From: Squalus acanthias
Lineage: Eukaryota
Length of the DNA stretch: 64,000 bases
Reading direction: 5' to 3'
Assembly: GCA_030390025.1 (NCBI GenBank)
Contig: CM059431.1
Location: forward strand, 96,164,001-96,228,000
Made by a program: the position numbers and the translations under genes. The notes below the pieces were generated by a model. The model made no database searches, had not been told where the DNA came from, and saw nothing but the letters and a program-made list of their open reading frames with translations. Of this stretch, positions 36,661 to 51,579 are shown in pieces (the stretch's first letter is position 1; each line of letters starts with the position of its first letter).

Positions 36661-38305
36661 TGAGAATTCTAACTGCAATGGAAGGACTTTAAGCTCATTG
36701 TAGATGAATAAACTAAAATGGGTCAAATAGCCGTTCTCACCCATAATTATCTTGTGAAAAGCAAACAATCAATTAATCAGTTGAAATGAATGAGATTGGA
36801 TTTACTTCAGCTTCAGCTGACGATTCCCATACAAAGATAATGCAGAAATCACTTGTAGCTTGTACAACCCTTTCCATTGGGCAATTTAAAAAAATCACTA
36901 ACAAACTAACCATCACAGTACAAGGAAAGAAAATATTTAGTGTCCAGACTTCTAAACCTTACTGATTCACTTAATCAGCTTCAACAAGGGCAATGCCACA
37001 GTCGGAATGACTTGTGTTTGCTCTGATTTTTAGTAGCACTAGCTGTGATTTCTTTCCCCCCAACCCTCCCGTTTATTTCTTGATTGTTGTAATGTATTAA
37101 GCAGGAACGTCATTTGTTTTTCATCGTGGTATATCTTGGGGTCAATCATTCCAAATTATATCAATCTATTTGATGCACAGTGGGGGCAAAATGGCACCAA
37201 TAAGATAATTCGGTGAGTACCGCTGACGCACGAAGTCAGCAGTCGAGCTTCAGAACAGCCCGAATGTTTTTCCCATGGATTCTGCTGTTTTATGTAAATC
37301 ATGCAATTTACATTATCCGATTCAAAGGCTTGCAGTCACCCGAGACTAACATTTATGATGCAAAACATAAATGAAGCACAAAAATAACTGATAAGGTGGG
37401 CGAGGCGAAATGATTCTGAATTCATGAAATAGTAATTTATTAGTACTGTTAAATTATGGATGGCAAAAAGGGTTGCAATTAGGCTCATTATAGTGCAGTA
37501 TAATTAGTCACAGATGTTTTCATATTTAAAAGCATGGGGGGAGGAGCTTGCAAAAGGGCAACCAGTTGGCAGAGTAACGGAGTCCCTGTATGGTGTGCCC
37601 CACTCTAGACGTTGTATTAACATAACGGTGTAATGATATTGCAATGAAACCTGAACCTTTCAGCAGCTCTTGTATTTAGTGTCACCTTCAGAAACAGGTC
37701 CCTAGGCTAAATGATTCACAATCTTCAGGAAAAAAGTTAGCTGTTTAAATACCAATAAAAGAAATTCCCCCTCCTTGACCCCAATCTATCTCATCCTATC
37801 TTTGGATAAATACTGAGGAGCCTCACAGGCTAGATTTTTCTAAAGCCCCCTCAACACGACAGAATTGCCTCCAATGTCAGGCACGGTGGCAGCAACAGTC
37901 CTGCAATATAAACAACCCAATGCTCTCACATGAGGTTGTCTTTGCTTCTGACCCAAACTACCACCAACAGCAAATATAAAGAAGTTGCATTGATATAGCA
38001 CCTCATCACGAGCACTTTATACTCGGTCAACGATGACAAAGCCCCATTAAACTGACAAACATTTTTTTGAAAAGCAATAAATCCTAAAGGAAATCTCATG
38101 GGATACAAAACACATGGGATGCACTGTGTCTGTCAGAGCCTGTAGATGCAGTGCTGGGTAAGGCAGTCGGCAATCTTCAGGATTAGCCATCTCCAACAAT
38201 CTTACAAACCACTTCTGCGACTTGACTTAATAAGAATGGAAGAGGCTGGATTTTGAGGAACCTGTTTGTGGCTTTACGTGGCATCACAGAATGTTGCACG
38301 GGCAG

Positions 38306-41300
38306 ATACATAGGATATACAGCACAGAAACAGGCCATTCGGCCCAACCAGTCCATGTCGGTGTTTATGCTCCAATCGAGCCTCCTCCCGTCTTTCCTCA
38401 TCTAAATCTATCAGCTTAACCCTCTATTCCCTTCTCCCTCATATGCTTGTCTAGCTTCCCCTTAAATGCATCTCTACTATTTGCTCCAACCATTCCCTGT
38501 GGTAGCGAGTTCCACATTCTCACCACTCTTTGGGTAAAGAAGTTTCTTCTGAATTCCCTATTGGATTTCTTGGTGACTATCTTATATTGATGGCCTCTAG
38601 TTATGCTCTTTCCCACAAGTGGAAACATTCTCTCTGTATCCACTCTATCAAAATTTTTCATAATTTTAAAGACCTCTATTAGCTCACCCCTCAGCCTTTT
38701 TTCAAGAGAAAAGAGACCCAGCATGTTCATCCTTTACCCTCGCATTTCTGGTATTATCCTTGTAAATCTTCTCTGCACCCTCTCCAGTGCCTCTATATCC
38801 TTTTTATAATATGGCGACCAGAACTGTACACAATACTCTAAGTGTGGTCTAACCAAGGTTCGATACAGGTTTAGCATAACTTCCCTACTTTTCAATTCTA
38901 TCCCTCTAGAAATAATCCCTAGAAATAAACCCTAGTACTTGGGTTTGCTTTTTTTATGGCCTTGTTAACCTGCATTGCAACTTTTAGTGATTTGTGTATT
39001 TGTACTCCTAGATCCCTTTGTTCCTCTACCCCACCTAGACTCGCACCCTCCAAGTGATAAGTGACCTCCCTATTCTTCCTACCAAAATGTAATACCTCAC
39101 ATTTATCTGTGTTGAACTTCATTTGCCAATTATATGCCCATTCTGCAAGTTTATTAATGTCCTCCTGTAACTTGTTGCATTCCTCCTCAGTATTGGCTAT
39201 CAACGCTCACCCCCCCCACCCCCCAATTTGGTGACATCCAAATTTAGAAATTGTGTTTTTGATTCCTAAGTCTAAATCGTTAATGTAAATTGTGAGCAGC
39301 AGTGGTCCCAGCACTGATCCTTGTGGAACACCACTACCCACCTTCTGCCACTGTGAATAGCTACCCTTTACTCCTATTCTCTGCTTTCTGTCCTGAAGCC
39401 ATCCAGCTATCCATTCTGCTTCTTGTCTCCTGACTCCGCATTCGCTGACCTTATTCATCAGTCTATTATGGGGTACCTTATCAAAGGCCTTTTGAAAATC
39501 TAGATAAATTACATCTACTGCATTACCATTATCTACTCTCTCTGTTACCTCTTCAAAAAATTCAATAAGGTTGGTCAAGCAAGACTTTCCCTTTTGAAAT
39601 CCATGTTGACTATTCATTATTATATTGGTTTCTAGATGTTCTTCTATTTTCTCTTTTAGTAGGGATTCCATTATTTTCCCTATCAGCTGACTGATCTATA
39701 ATTCCCTGGACAAGTTCTATCCCCCTTCTTAAATATAGGTATTACGTTAGCTATCTGCCAGTCCTCTGGGCACTATACCCTTTTCCAATGAATTATTAAA
39801 TATGTGTAGTAATACCTCTGCTATCTCTTCCCTAGGTTATTTTATAATGCGTGGAGGCAATCCATCCGGACAAGGGGTTTTATCCGCTTCGAGTTTCATT
39901 AATTTATTTAATATATCCCATTTTTAAATTTTAAATGCACTTACCTCATTACTAATCTCATCATCCAATGTCATGTCCACCTGTTCTATCTCCCTGGTAA
40001 ATACTGAAGCAAAATAATTATTTAATATTTCTGCTATCTCTCAATACCGGTGGTATTGTCCTGACTATCACTTAATGGCCCTATTTCCATCCCAAACTTC
40101 CTTTTTTTATTGATGTGCCTATAAAATATTTTACTATTTTGTTTTATGTTCCTTGATAATTTAATTTCATAGTTCCTCTTTGCCTCCCTAATTGTTTTTT
40201 TGATTTCTCTCCTAATCTGTTCGTATCTTCAATAGTAAGGAAGGGTATTAGCTCTGATGATGTGGAATCTGTATGGGTAGAGCTGAGAAATACCAAGGGG
40301 CAGAAAACATTATTGGGAGTTGTATACAGACCCCCAAACAGTAATGCTGAGGTTGGGGATGGCATTAAACGGGAAATTAGAGACGCATGCAATAAGGGCA
40401 CAGCAGTTATCATGGGTGACTTTAATCTACATATAGATTGGGCTAACCAAATTAGTAACAATACTGTGGAGGAGGAATTCCTAGAGTGTATACGGGATGG
40501 TTTCCTGGACCAATATGTCGAGGAACCAACTAGAGATCAGGCCATCTTAGACTGGGTATTATGTAATGAGAAAGGATTAATTAGCAATCTTGTTGTGTGA
40601 GGCCCCTTGGGGAGGAGCGATCATAATATGATCGAATTCTTCATTAAGATGGAGAGTGAAGTAGTTGACTCAGAGACTAGGGTCCAAAATTTAAATAAAG
40701 GAAACTACGATGGTATGAGGCGCGAGTTGGCTAGGATGGATTGGGGAACGTTACTTAAAGGGTTGATGGTGGATAGGCAATGGCAAACATTTAAAGATCG
40801 CATGGATGAACTACAGAATTTGTTCATCCCTGTTTGGCATAAAAATAAAATAAAAAAGGTGACTCAACCGTGGCTAACAAGGGAAATTAGGGATAGCATA
40901 AGATCCAAGGAGAGGACATATACATTGGCCAGAAAAAGCAGCAAACCTGAGGATTGGGAGCAGTTTAGGATTCAGCAAAGGAGGACAAAGGGATTAATTA
41001 AGAGGGGGAAAATAGAATATGAGAGTAAGCTTGCAGGGAACATAAAAACTGACTGTAAAAGCTTCTATAGATATGTGAAGAGAAAAAGATTGGTGAAGTC
41101 AAGCATAGGTCCCTTGCAGTCAGAATCAGGGGAATTTATAATGGGGAACAAAGAAATGGCAGATCAATTAAATACATACTTTGGTTCTGTCTTCACAAAG
41201 GAGGACACAAATAAACTCCCAGAGATGTCGGGGAACATAGGATCTAATGAGAGGGAGGAACTGAATGAAATCAGTATTTGTAGGGAAATGGTGTTAGGGA

Positions 41301-43616
41301 AATTGATGGGATTGAAGGCCGATAAATCCCCAGGGCCTGATAATCTACATCCTAGGGTACTTAAGGAAGTGGCCCTAGAAATAGTAGATGCATTGCTGGT
41401 CATCTTCCAAAACTCTATAGACTCTGGAACAGTTCCCATGGATTGGAGGGTAGCTAATGTAACCCCACTATTTAAAAAAGGTGGTAGAGAGAAAACGGGG
41501 AATTATAGACCGGTAAGCCTGACATCGGTAGTGGGGAAATGCTAGAGTCCATTATGAAAGATGTAATAGCAGAGCACTTGGAAAACAGTGACAGGATCGT
41601 ACAAAGTCAACATGGATTTACAAAAGGTAAATCGTGCTTGACTAATCTACTGGAATTTTTTGAGGATGTAACTGGTAGAATAGATAAGGGAGAACTAGTG
41701 GATGTGGTGTATTTGGACTTTCAGAAGGCTTTCGATAAGGTCCCACATAAGAGATTAGCGTGCAAAGTTAAAGCACATGGAATTGGGGGTAAGGTACTGA
41801 CTTGCATACAGAACTGGTTGGCAGACAGGAAGCAAAGAGTTGGAATAAACGGGTCTTTTTTCCGAGTGGCAGGCAGTGACTAATGGGGTACCACAGGGAT
41901 CGGTGCTAGGACCCCAGTTATTCACAATATATATTAATGATCTAGACGAGGGAACTAGATGTCATATCTCCAAGTTTGCAGACGACACAAAGCAAGGTGG
42001 ACGTGTGTGCTGTGAGGAGGATGCAGAGAAACTCCAGTATGATTTGGACAGGTTGGGTGATTGGGCAGATGCAGTATAATGTGGATAAATGCGAGGTTAT
42101 CCACTTTGGTGGCAAAAACAGGAAGGCAGATTATTATCTGAACGGCAATAGATTGGGAAAATTGGAAGTGCAACGAGACCTGGGTGTCCTTGTGCACCAG
42201 TCGCTGAAGGTAAGCATGCAGGTGCAGCAGGCGGTTAAGAAGGCAAATGGTATGTTGGCCTTCATAGCGAGAGGATTCGAGTACAGGAGCAAGGATGTCT
42301 TGTTGCAGTTGTACAGGGCCTTGGTGAGACCAAACCTTGAGTATTGTGTGCAGTTTTGGTCGCCTTATCTGAGGAAGGATGTTCTTGCCATGGAGGGAGT
42401 GCAGCGAAGATTCACCAGACTGATACCTGGGATGGCAGGAATGACGTATGAAGAGAGATTGGGTCGATTGGGCTTGTATTCGCTAGAGTTTAGAAGAATG
42501 AGAGGGGATCTCATTGAAACTTATAAAATTAAAACAGGACTAGACAGACTAGATACAGGAAGGATGTTCCCGATGGCGGGGGAGTCCAGAACCAGGGGTC
42601 ACAGTCTAAGGATAAGGGGTAAGCCATTTAGGACTGAGATGAGGAGGAATTTCTTCACCCAGAGAGTGGTGAACCTGTGGGATTCTCTACCACAGAAGGC
42701 AGTTGAGGCCAATTCATTAAATATATTCAAGAAGGAGTTAGATATATTTCTTAAGGCTAAAGGGATCAAGGGATATGGGGAGAAAGCAGGGACAGGCTAC
42801 TGAATTTGGATGATCAGCCATTATCTCATTAAATGGCGGAACAGGCTTGAGGGGCCGAATGGCCTTCTCCTGCTCCTATCTTCGATGTTTCGATGTTTCT
42901 ATGTATTCTCTCTTACCATGCACTCCCCTGCTGTCTGTGTTCTTAATGTATGCCTCTTTCCTTACGCTCAATTGTTCCCTTCTTGCTTTATTCATCCATG
43001 GAGACTCATTATTGTTTAGTTTGTTCTTTCCTTTTAGCGGAATATATTTTTCCTGCACTCTGTTGAACACCATTTAAAATGTTTCCCATTGCTGTTCTAC
43101 ATCGTTGTTTGCCAATATTGTTGCCCATTTTTGTTTCCCAAGTTCTATTCTCAGCCCCTCAAAATTAGCTTTTCTCCAATCTATTAACCTGGTTTTCGTC
43201 ATATTTATGTCCTCAATTATCATCTTAAAGCGTATTATATGATGGTCACTATTGCCTATATGTTCCCCTACCTTTACTTCTCTTATCTGCTCTGGTTCAT
43301 TCCCCATTACTAGATTCAATATCGAATCCTCTCTTGTTGGGCTTTTTATATATTGGGTTAGAAAGGAGTCCTGTACACATTGTAGGAACTCCATTCCCTT
43401 ATCCCCTTTACCTACCTCTTCTGTCCAATTAATATCGGGGTAATTGAAATCCCCCATGATTATTATTCTATGTTTTTTACTCATTTCCCTAATTTGTCTG
43501 CATATTTGTTCCTCCAACACCCTTCCACCAATAGGTGGTCTATAAACTACACCTATTATTGTGATTGATCCTTTATTATCTTTTATCTCTATCCATATGG
43601 ATTCTATTTTTGTCAT
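38306..43616 (-). mobile_element. CR1 LINE (minus), split by a younger plus-strand CR1
   Basis: APE ORF 43074-43616 and RT/3' pieces 38306-40230 are collinear. Confidence 0.92.
40231..42904 (+). mobile_element. Young CR1 LINE with nearly complete ORF2 and few disablements
   Basis: Successive ORFs 40262-42803 cover APE to C-terminus; tail (ttcgatgt)n. Confidence 0.96.
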
Positions 43617-43762
43617 GCGATCTACTTACATCAATTCCCGTCAGGCTTTCAACCAAGTACCTCCAGCGGTCCTAATGAAAAAGTTAGAAGGTATTGAAGT
43701 ACACAATCGGTTCTTCATTTATCCAGGATCTTTAATCTAGCTCGTGGATCAGTGTAAGAGTT

Positions 43763-44554
43763 GATGGAAAATTCACTGGCCGTCAGCGGCAAAGCAAAAG
43801 CGTTCGCCTCTGGCCCCGAAGTATGCTTCGCACAAGGATCCTGCGATCCCTGTGTCGAGAACTTCGGGTTTTATGACAGTCAATTCAAATCAACGGAAGC
43901 AATTGGGGATTCCCTTCTGCGAGCCACTGTAACGTCAACAAGCTGTCTAAGCAGCCAATCAAAATGCAGAATTCTCACAGACAGCGAACAAGTCAGTAAG
44001 CTCTTAAAATTCTAACTTTTGAAAAATGTTAGTGAGAGCAAAACAAAGATTGGGGCTCTCACATGCGGAAAAGGCAAACCTGAACTAAAGATGAACAAAC
44101 TTTAAAAAAAAATGTAATTCTTTTTTAAAGTTGCTTAAAAATTTGAATTTTTATTAAAATGGACAAATTTCACACTGCACAAAATTAAAATTAGTTTTTC
44201 AGGCCCTTAACCTTTGTTTAGCAGTCAATACCCTGTTAAAACCCCAGTTACACCTAATCCCTTTGGGTCTAACTTTTAGTGGGGAATTTAACAGCGTAAT
44301 TACTGCGGAAGACCCGAAGTTTGTCAGTTTCCCTGATTTGGGTAATTACACTGATTGTCGGCTCTGTGGGGAGGAGGGAGGGGAGGCAGCGCACAGCATA
44401 GCCTGTGTCGGAGCAGTGAACGACAGACCGCAACTTCAGAATTTCCGCACACACCTAGCACAAGCGCCAAATCTCGAAGTTGCAGTCAGTTTCAACGGCC
44501 GAATGACGGCGAACAGTGCCAGTTTGGTGTCATCCCGACCGCAAATTCCGGACC
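43763..44554. mobile_element. Probable MITE within an old LINE RT remnant
   Basis: GC-rich ends with an AT-rich core as in 15321-16080; right end gcaaattccggacc; TSD not clear; flanks give AFNQVP..KKL and ILFNAFINDV..HFAGD remnants. Confidence 0.5.
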
Positions 44555-44893
44555 ACTGAAATTATCTCTCTCAAAAGAGGATGACGCAAGTTTGTCCATT
44601 ACCCATCCTATTCAACGCCTTCATCAATGATGTGTTGGTCTCAACACGCGGGGACGAACTTCCGGGCATTTCAGAAAGGATGTCACTGCTCCATTTTGCA
44701 GGCGATGTTTGTTGTTGGCAAACTCATTGGCGGATCTAATTTGGTATAATGAACACAATTCAATGACCATTGCCCTGGGTAATCTAAGATGCATGCATGC
44801 AATGCCCTGCAGCTGTATCCAAGCAGTTACTTCTGAGGCGGTAGACCCATTACTATTGGCGTCCGATGCCTGTGGCTGTCAGTGGTCTATGTA

Positions 44894-45022
44894 ATAAAAA
44901 CAGAAAATGCTGGAAATACTCAGCAGGTCAGGCAGCAGATGCTGCCTGACCTGATGAGTATTTCCAGGATTTTCTGTTTTTATTTCAGATTTCCAGCATC
45001 CGCAGTATTTTGCTTTTGTATT
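44894..45022. mobile_element. Penelope-terminus fold-back mini-element
   Basis: ~45-bp inverted arms; exact 13-bp TSD agtggtctatgta (44881-44893 / 45023-45035). Confidence 0.88.
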
Positions 45023-45046
45023 AGTGGTCTATGTAGCCCGCGCTTA

Positions 45047-47855
45047 GAATCATAGAATGATACAACACAGAAGCAGGCCATTCAGCCCTTCGTGCTCTTT
45101 GGTAGAGCTAAGAACATAAGAATTAGGAGCAGGGGTAGGCCATACGATCCCTCGAGCCTGGCTGACCTTCGACCTCAACTCCACTTTCCCACCCAATCTC
45201 CATATCCCTTGATCCGCCATGAGTCCAAAAAATCTATCTATCTCAGCCTTGAATATACTCAACGACTCAGCATTCACAGCCCTTTGGGGTAGAGAATTCC
45301 AAAGATTCACAACCCTCGGAGTGGAGAAATTCCTCCTCATCTCAGTCTTAAATGGCCGACACCTTATCCTAAGACTATGCCCCCTAGTTCTAGACTCTCC
45401 AGCCAGGGGAAACAACCTCTCAGCATCTACCCTGTCAATCGCCCTCAGAATCTTATATGTTTCAATGAGATCACTTCTCATTCTTCTAAACTCCAGAGAG
45501 TGTAGGCCCAATTAGTCCTACTCTCCTGCCCTTTCCCTTTTGAAAGTTACTATTGAATCTGCTTCCACCATCCTCCAGCAGTGCATTCCAAATCACAACA
45601 ACTCGCTGTGTAAAAAAATGTTTCCTCATGTCACCTCTGGTTCTTTTGCTAATCACCTTAAATCTGTGTCCTCTAGTTACCGACCCTTCTGCCACTGGAA
45701 ACAGTTTCTCCTTATTTACTCTTTTAAAACCCTTCATGATTTTGAACGCTTCCATTAAATCTCCCCTTAACCTTCTCTGCACTAAGAAGAACAACACCAG
45801 CTTCTCTCGTCTTTTCACATAACTGAAGTCCCTCATCCCTGATACCATTCTAGTAAAACTCTTCTGCACCCTCTCTAAGGCTTTGTAATTCTTGGCACCA
45901 CACTTTAGGAAAGATGTCAAAATATTTATAACACAGAAACAGGCCATTCGGCCGAAAAAATCCATGACGGTAGAACACAATAGGTAGAATTGAACACAAT
46001 ACTCCAGCTGAGAACTAACCAGTGTTTTATAAAGGTTTAGCATAACTTCCTTGCTTTTGTACTCTATCCCTCTCTTAATAAAGCCAATGGTCATAAAATC
46101 ATAGAATAGTACAGCACAGAAGGAGGCCATTCGGCCCATTGAGTCTGCATCACCTCTTTTGAAGAGCAATCCAGTTATCCCACTCCCCTGCTCTTTCCCC
46201 AAATCCATACAATTTTTTCTCCTTCAAGTATTTATCCAAGTCCCTTTTGAAGGCTACTATTGAATCTGTATCCATGACTATCAGGCAGTGCATTCCAAAT
46301 CCTGAATTTTTTCCTCGTGTCGCCTCTGGTTATTTTTCCAATCACCTTAAATCTGTGCCCTCTGGTTATCAACCCTTCAGCTAGTGGAAACTGTTTCTCT
46401 TTATTTACTCTATCTAAATCCTTTATGACTTTAAACTCCTCTTAATGTTCTCTGTTCTAAGGAGAACAACCCCAGTTTCTCCAGTCTATCCACATAACTC
46501 TAATCCCTCATCTCTGGAATCGTTCTAGTAAATCTCTTCTGTACCCTCTCCAAAGCCTTCAAGTCCTTCCTAAAGTGTGGTGCCCAGAATTGGACACAAT
46601 ACTCCAGCTGGGGTTTTATATAGGTTTCCCATATGCTTTTTTAACAGCCTTCTCAAATTGTCCTGCCACTTTCAAAGACTTATGTACAGACACTCCCAGG
46701 TCTCTCAGTTCCTGCACCCACATTAAAATTGTATAATTTGGTTTATATTGCCTCTCCTCATTCTTCCTTTCAAAATGCATCACTTCACACTTCTCTGCAT
46801 TAAATTTCATCTACCATGTGTCTGCCCATTTCACCAGTCTGTCCTCCTGAAGTCTGTTACTATCCTCCTCATTGTTTACTACATTTCCAAGTTTTGTGTT
46901 AACTGCATACTTTGAAATTATGGCCCGTATACTCAAGTCCAGGACATTAATATATATCAAAAAGAGCAGTGGTCCTAATATCGACCCCTGGGGAACACCA
47001 CTGTATACTTCCCTCCAGTCTGAACAACTGTTCACCATTACTCTCTGCTTTCTGTCCCTTAGCCAATTTTGTATCCACACGACCACTGCCCCTTTAATCC
47101 CATGGGGTTTAATTTTACTAACAAGTCTATTATGTGGTACTTTGTCAAATGCCTTTTGAAAGTCTATATACACAACATCAACCAAACTATCCTCATCAAC
47201 CCTTTCCGTTACTTCAAAGAACTCATTCAAGTTAGACAAACACAATTTGTTTTTAACAAGTCTGTGCTGACTTTCATTTATTAGCCCATACTTTTCCAAA
47301 TTAATTTTGCGGATTATTGTCTCTAAGTTTCCCACCATGGCGTTAGGCTGACTATCTTGTACTTGCCGGGTTTATCCCTTTTCCCTTTTTAAACATTGCA
47401 ACATTTGCAATCCTCCAATCTTCTGGCAATACCCTCATATCCAAGGAGGATTGGAAGATTGTGGCCAGAGCCTCCGCAAGTTCCACCTTTACTTCCCTCA
47501 GTAACCTAGGATGCATCCCATCTGGACCGGGTGACTTTTCTACTTTGAGGACTGCCAACCATTTACATACCTCCTCTTTATCTATTTTATCCTATCCAAT
47601 ATCGCTATTAGCCCCCACTTTACTGCTACATTGGCAGCATCCTTTTCTCTAGTGAAGACAGATGCAAAGTACTTATTTAGCACCTCAGCCATGTCCTCTG
47701 CCTCCACAAGAAGTTTTCCTTTTTGGTTTCTAATCAGCCCCATACTTCCTTTGATTACCCGTTTACTATTTATATGTTTATAAAAGACTTTTCGGCTCCC
47801 TTCTATGTTAGCTGCTAATCTATTCTCATACTTTGTCTTTGCTCCTCTTATTCCC
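45047..47855 (-). mobile_element. Stack of several minus-strand CR1 fragments
   Basis: Repeated 3' ends (45047, 45108, 46092) and RT motifs. Confidence 0.9.
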
Positions 47856-50800
47856 TGGACAAGGTGCAAAAAAGATTTACTAGAATGATACCAGAACTGA
47901 GAGGTTTTTCCCATCAGGAAAGACTAAACAGGCTAGGGCTATTTTCCCTTAAAAAGAGAAGACCGAGGGGTGACCTGATACAGGTCTTTAAGATTATGAA
48001 AGGGTTTGATAGCAACAGGACATAGAAAGGCTAGTAGAATGGGCAGACAAGTGGCAGATGGAATTTAATAGAGAGAGGTGTGAGGTGATGCATTTTGGCA
48101 GAAGGAACAGGGAGAGGCAATATACAGGAAACTCTCTTTTAACCGGCACCCAAATAACCGGAAATCTCTCTTAACCGGCAAAATTCTTGAGTAGGTAACC
48201 GGGGTTTTTCTTCATCTCTCCTTTAAAAATAACTTTAAAAAAAACCCGAGGCGTTTGCCTTGTATCGGAGCATGTAGATTGGGAGGGGAATGTGCAGCCC
48301 GGGTAGGCAGCGGACACGACAGATGGTCAGCTGGCGGTCCCCGGGGAGACGGAGCTCCGAATGCAGGCGCATGTCAGTGTGTACGGGGCTCTCGTACGTT
48401 GGGAGATATAACTCTCCATTATCCGGACTTTTTGATTAACCGGCACCACGCCGGTCCCGTCGGTGGCGGTTAATAAAGAGTTTCCTGTACACTTAATGAC
48501 ACCGTTTTAAAGAGTGTGCAGGGACAGAGAGACCTGGGAGCTAATGTGCATAGGTCCCTGAAGTGGCAGGACATATTGAGAGAGTGGTTAGCAAAGCATA
48601 TGGGATCTTGGGTTTCATAAATGGAGGTATTGAGTACAAAAGTAGATAATTTATGCAGAACCTTTATAAAGTGCTGGTTAGGCCACAACTGGAGTATTGC
48701 GGCCAGTTCTGGTCACCACACTTTAGGAAGGATGTGAAGGCCTTTGAGAGGGTGCAGAGGAGATTTACCAGAATGGTTCTGGGGATGGGGGATCTTAGCT
48801 ACAAGGACAGGTGGGAGCAGCTGGATTTGTTTTCATTAGACACGGATTAATCAAGGATAGTCAGCACGGATTTGTTAAGGGAAGGTCGTGACTGACAAAC
48901 TTGATTGAATTTTTTGAGGAGGCAACAAGGAGGGTAGATGAGGGTAGTGCATTTGATGTAGTGTATATGGTCTTTAGCAAGGCTTTTGATAAGGTTCCAC
49001 ATGGCAGACTGGTCACGAAGTTAAAAGCCCATGGGATCCAGGGCAAAGTGTCAAGTTGGATTCAAAACTGGCTCGGAGACAGGAAGAAGAGGGTAATGGT
49101 TGATGGGTGTTTTTGTGACTGGAAGGCTGTTTCCAGTGGGGTTCCGCAGGGCTCAGTACTAGGTCCCTTGCTTTTTCTGGTATATATCAATGATCTAGAC
49201 TTGAATATAGCGGGTATGATTAAGAAGTTTGCAGAGGATACTAAAATCGGCTGTGTGGTTGATACTGAAGAAGGAAGTTGTAGACTGCAGGAAGATATCA
49301 ATAAATTGGTCAGGTGGACAGAACAGTGGCAAATGGAATTCAATCCGGAGAAGTAATGCATTTGGGGAGGGCTAACAAGGAAAGGGAATACACATTAAAT
49401 GGTAGGACACTGAGTAGTGTAGAGGAACAAAGGGACATTGGAGTGCATGTCCACAGATCCCTGAAGGTAGCAGGCCAGGTCGATGAGGTGGTTAAGAAGG
49501 CATACGGAATGCTTGCCTTTAATAGCCGTGGCATAGAATGAGCAGGGGGGTTATGCTTCAACTGTATAAAACACGAGTTAGGCCTCAGCTAGAGTACTGC
49601 GTGCAGTTCTGGTCACCACATTACAGGAAAGAAGTGATTGCACTAGAGAGGGTACAGAGGAGATTTACAAGGATGTTGCCGGGAGTAGAGAATCTTAGCT
49701 ATGAGGAAAGACCGGATAGGCTGGGTCTGTTTTCCTTGGAACAGAAGAGGCTGAGGGGAGACCTTATTGAGGTATATAAAATTATGAGGGGCATAGATAA
49801 AGTGGATAGAAAGGACCTATTTCCCTTAGCAGAGGGGTTAAAAACTAGGGGGCACAGATTTAAAGTAATTGGTGGAAGGTTTAGAGGGGATTTGAGGGGA
49901 AATTTCTTCACCCAGAGGGTTACGGGGGCTGGAACTCACTGCCTGAAAGGGTGGTAGAGGCAGGAACCCTAACTACATTTAAAAAGTACTTGGATGTGCA
50001 CTTGGGATGCTGTAACCTGCAGGGCTACGGACCAAGAGCTGGGAAGTGGGATTGGGCTGGATAGCTCTTTGTTGGCCGGCGCGGACACGATGGGCCGAAA
50101 TGGCCTCCTTCCGTGCTGTAACTTTCTATGATTCTATGATTAGAGCAAAGGAGTTTGAGGGGTGATTTGATAGAGGTGTACAAGATTATGACGGGTTTGG
50201 ATAGGCTAGACGGGGAAAGGCTGTTCCCACTTATTGATGGTACGAGGACTAGGGGACACAGATTTAAGGTTTTGGGCAAGAGATACAGGGGGGATGTGAG
50301 GAAAAACTTTTATGCACAGCGAGTGGTGAGGAACTGGAACTCGCTACTGACGGAAGTGGTGGAAGTGAACACACTCAATGTTTTCAAGGGGAGACTGGAT
50401 AGGCACTTGAGGGAAATAAACTTGCAGGGCTACAGAGATAGAGCGGGGGAATGGGACTGACTGGATTGCTCTAGAGAGCCAGCACGGACTCGATGGGCTG
50501 AATGGGCTCCTTCTGTGCCGTTATGACTCTATGATAGGTAGACATGGAGAAAATGTTTCCACTTGTGGGGGAGACCAATAATAGAGGTCATAAATATAAG
50601 ATCATCACTAATAAATCCAATAGGGAATTCAGGAGAAACTTCTTTACCCAGAGAGTGGTTAGAATGTGGAGCTCGCTACCACTTGGAGTAGTTGAGGTGA
50701 ATAGCATAGATGCATTCAAGGGGAAGCTAGATAAGCACGGGGGAGAAAGGAATAGAAGGAAATTTTGATAGGGTTAGATTAAGAGGGATGGAACGAGGCT

Positions 50801-50875
50801 CGTGTGGAGCATAAACCTATTATGCGTGGACCTATTGGGCCGAATGACCTATTTCTGTGCTGTAAATACTTTGTA
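47856..50875 (+). mobile_element. Stack of several plus-strand CR1 fragments
   Basis: RT and C-terminal motifs; 3' tails at ~50140, ~50535 and ~50875. Confidence 0.9.
48125..48487. mobile_element. Tc1/mariner-superfamily (Tigger/pogo-like) MITE
   Basis: TIRs caggaaactctcttttaaccg / cggttaataaagagtttcctg (19/21), TA TSD; removal restores CR1 ERQY|TLN. Confidence 0.92.
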
Positions 50876-51579
50876 ATAATTTTTAAGAAGGTTAATCCCA
50901 TTCCACTCTGGTGAACTGCATCGCTCCCCACACCAAACGGGTGCCTGAAACACATGTAAGACATCTGCCAATCAGAGTGAACGATGTTTGCCTCGCCTGT
51001 CAGCAGTGTATATACTTGGTGGGGTAGTTTTGCAAATTAACACTTCCAGCACAGCTTCACATGATGGGTGTGCAAGCTGAGAATGTGGATGCTTTGATGA
51101 ATCATGCTAGATGTGCCGACTTCAGTGTCTGATTTCCCAATAGGGCCAATGTTACAATCCTGGTTGCTGTCAGGGAACTTCACCCACCACCAGCAGTGAA
51201 AACCCAAATTAATTTCAACAGTCACGACATAATGAGAATTAATTTCAACTGTCAGGAAATTGTGGCTTGCACAATTTTCAGACAGGCGTTTCCAGCCAGC
51301 GAAGACCACCCTCTTTTTGGTAATGGGGACACGTAAAATCACCCTCTGGAGATTCGGACACTGAGGCGAGCGCACCCCACACAATTTTCCATCCATCCGA
51401 ATTTGCGATCTGCGTTCTCACGGTTTGTGCTGGAAGCACTAATTCATCAAATATATGCTGTGTAGTCTTGTACAGCCAGCCCTTGTATGTGATCCCATCG
51501 CACAATGCTCTGTGCCAGCAGTGTTAACTCTACCCTTTCAGAAGTTTACATCAGCTATAGGCAGTGCATTTTTTTCAAA

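Noticed and set aside
40231..42904. Active autonomous CR1
   Set aside because: It is 5'-truncated, with a premature stop near 40600 and several frameshifts.
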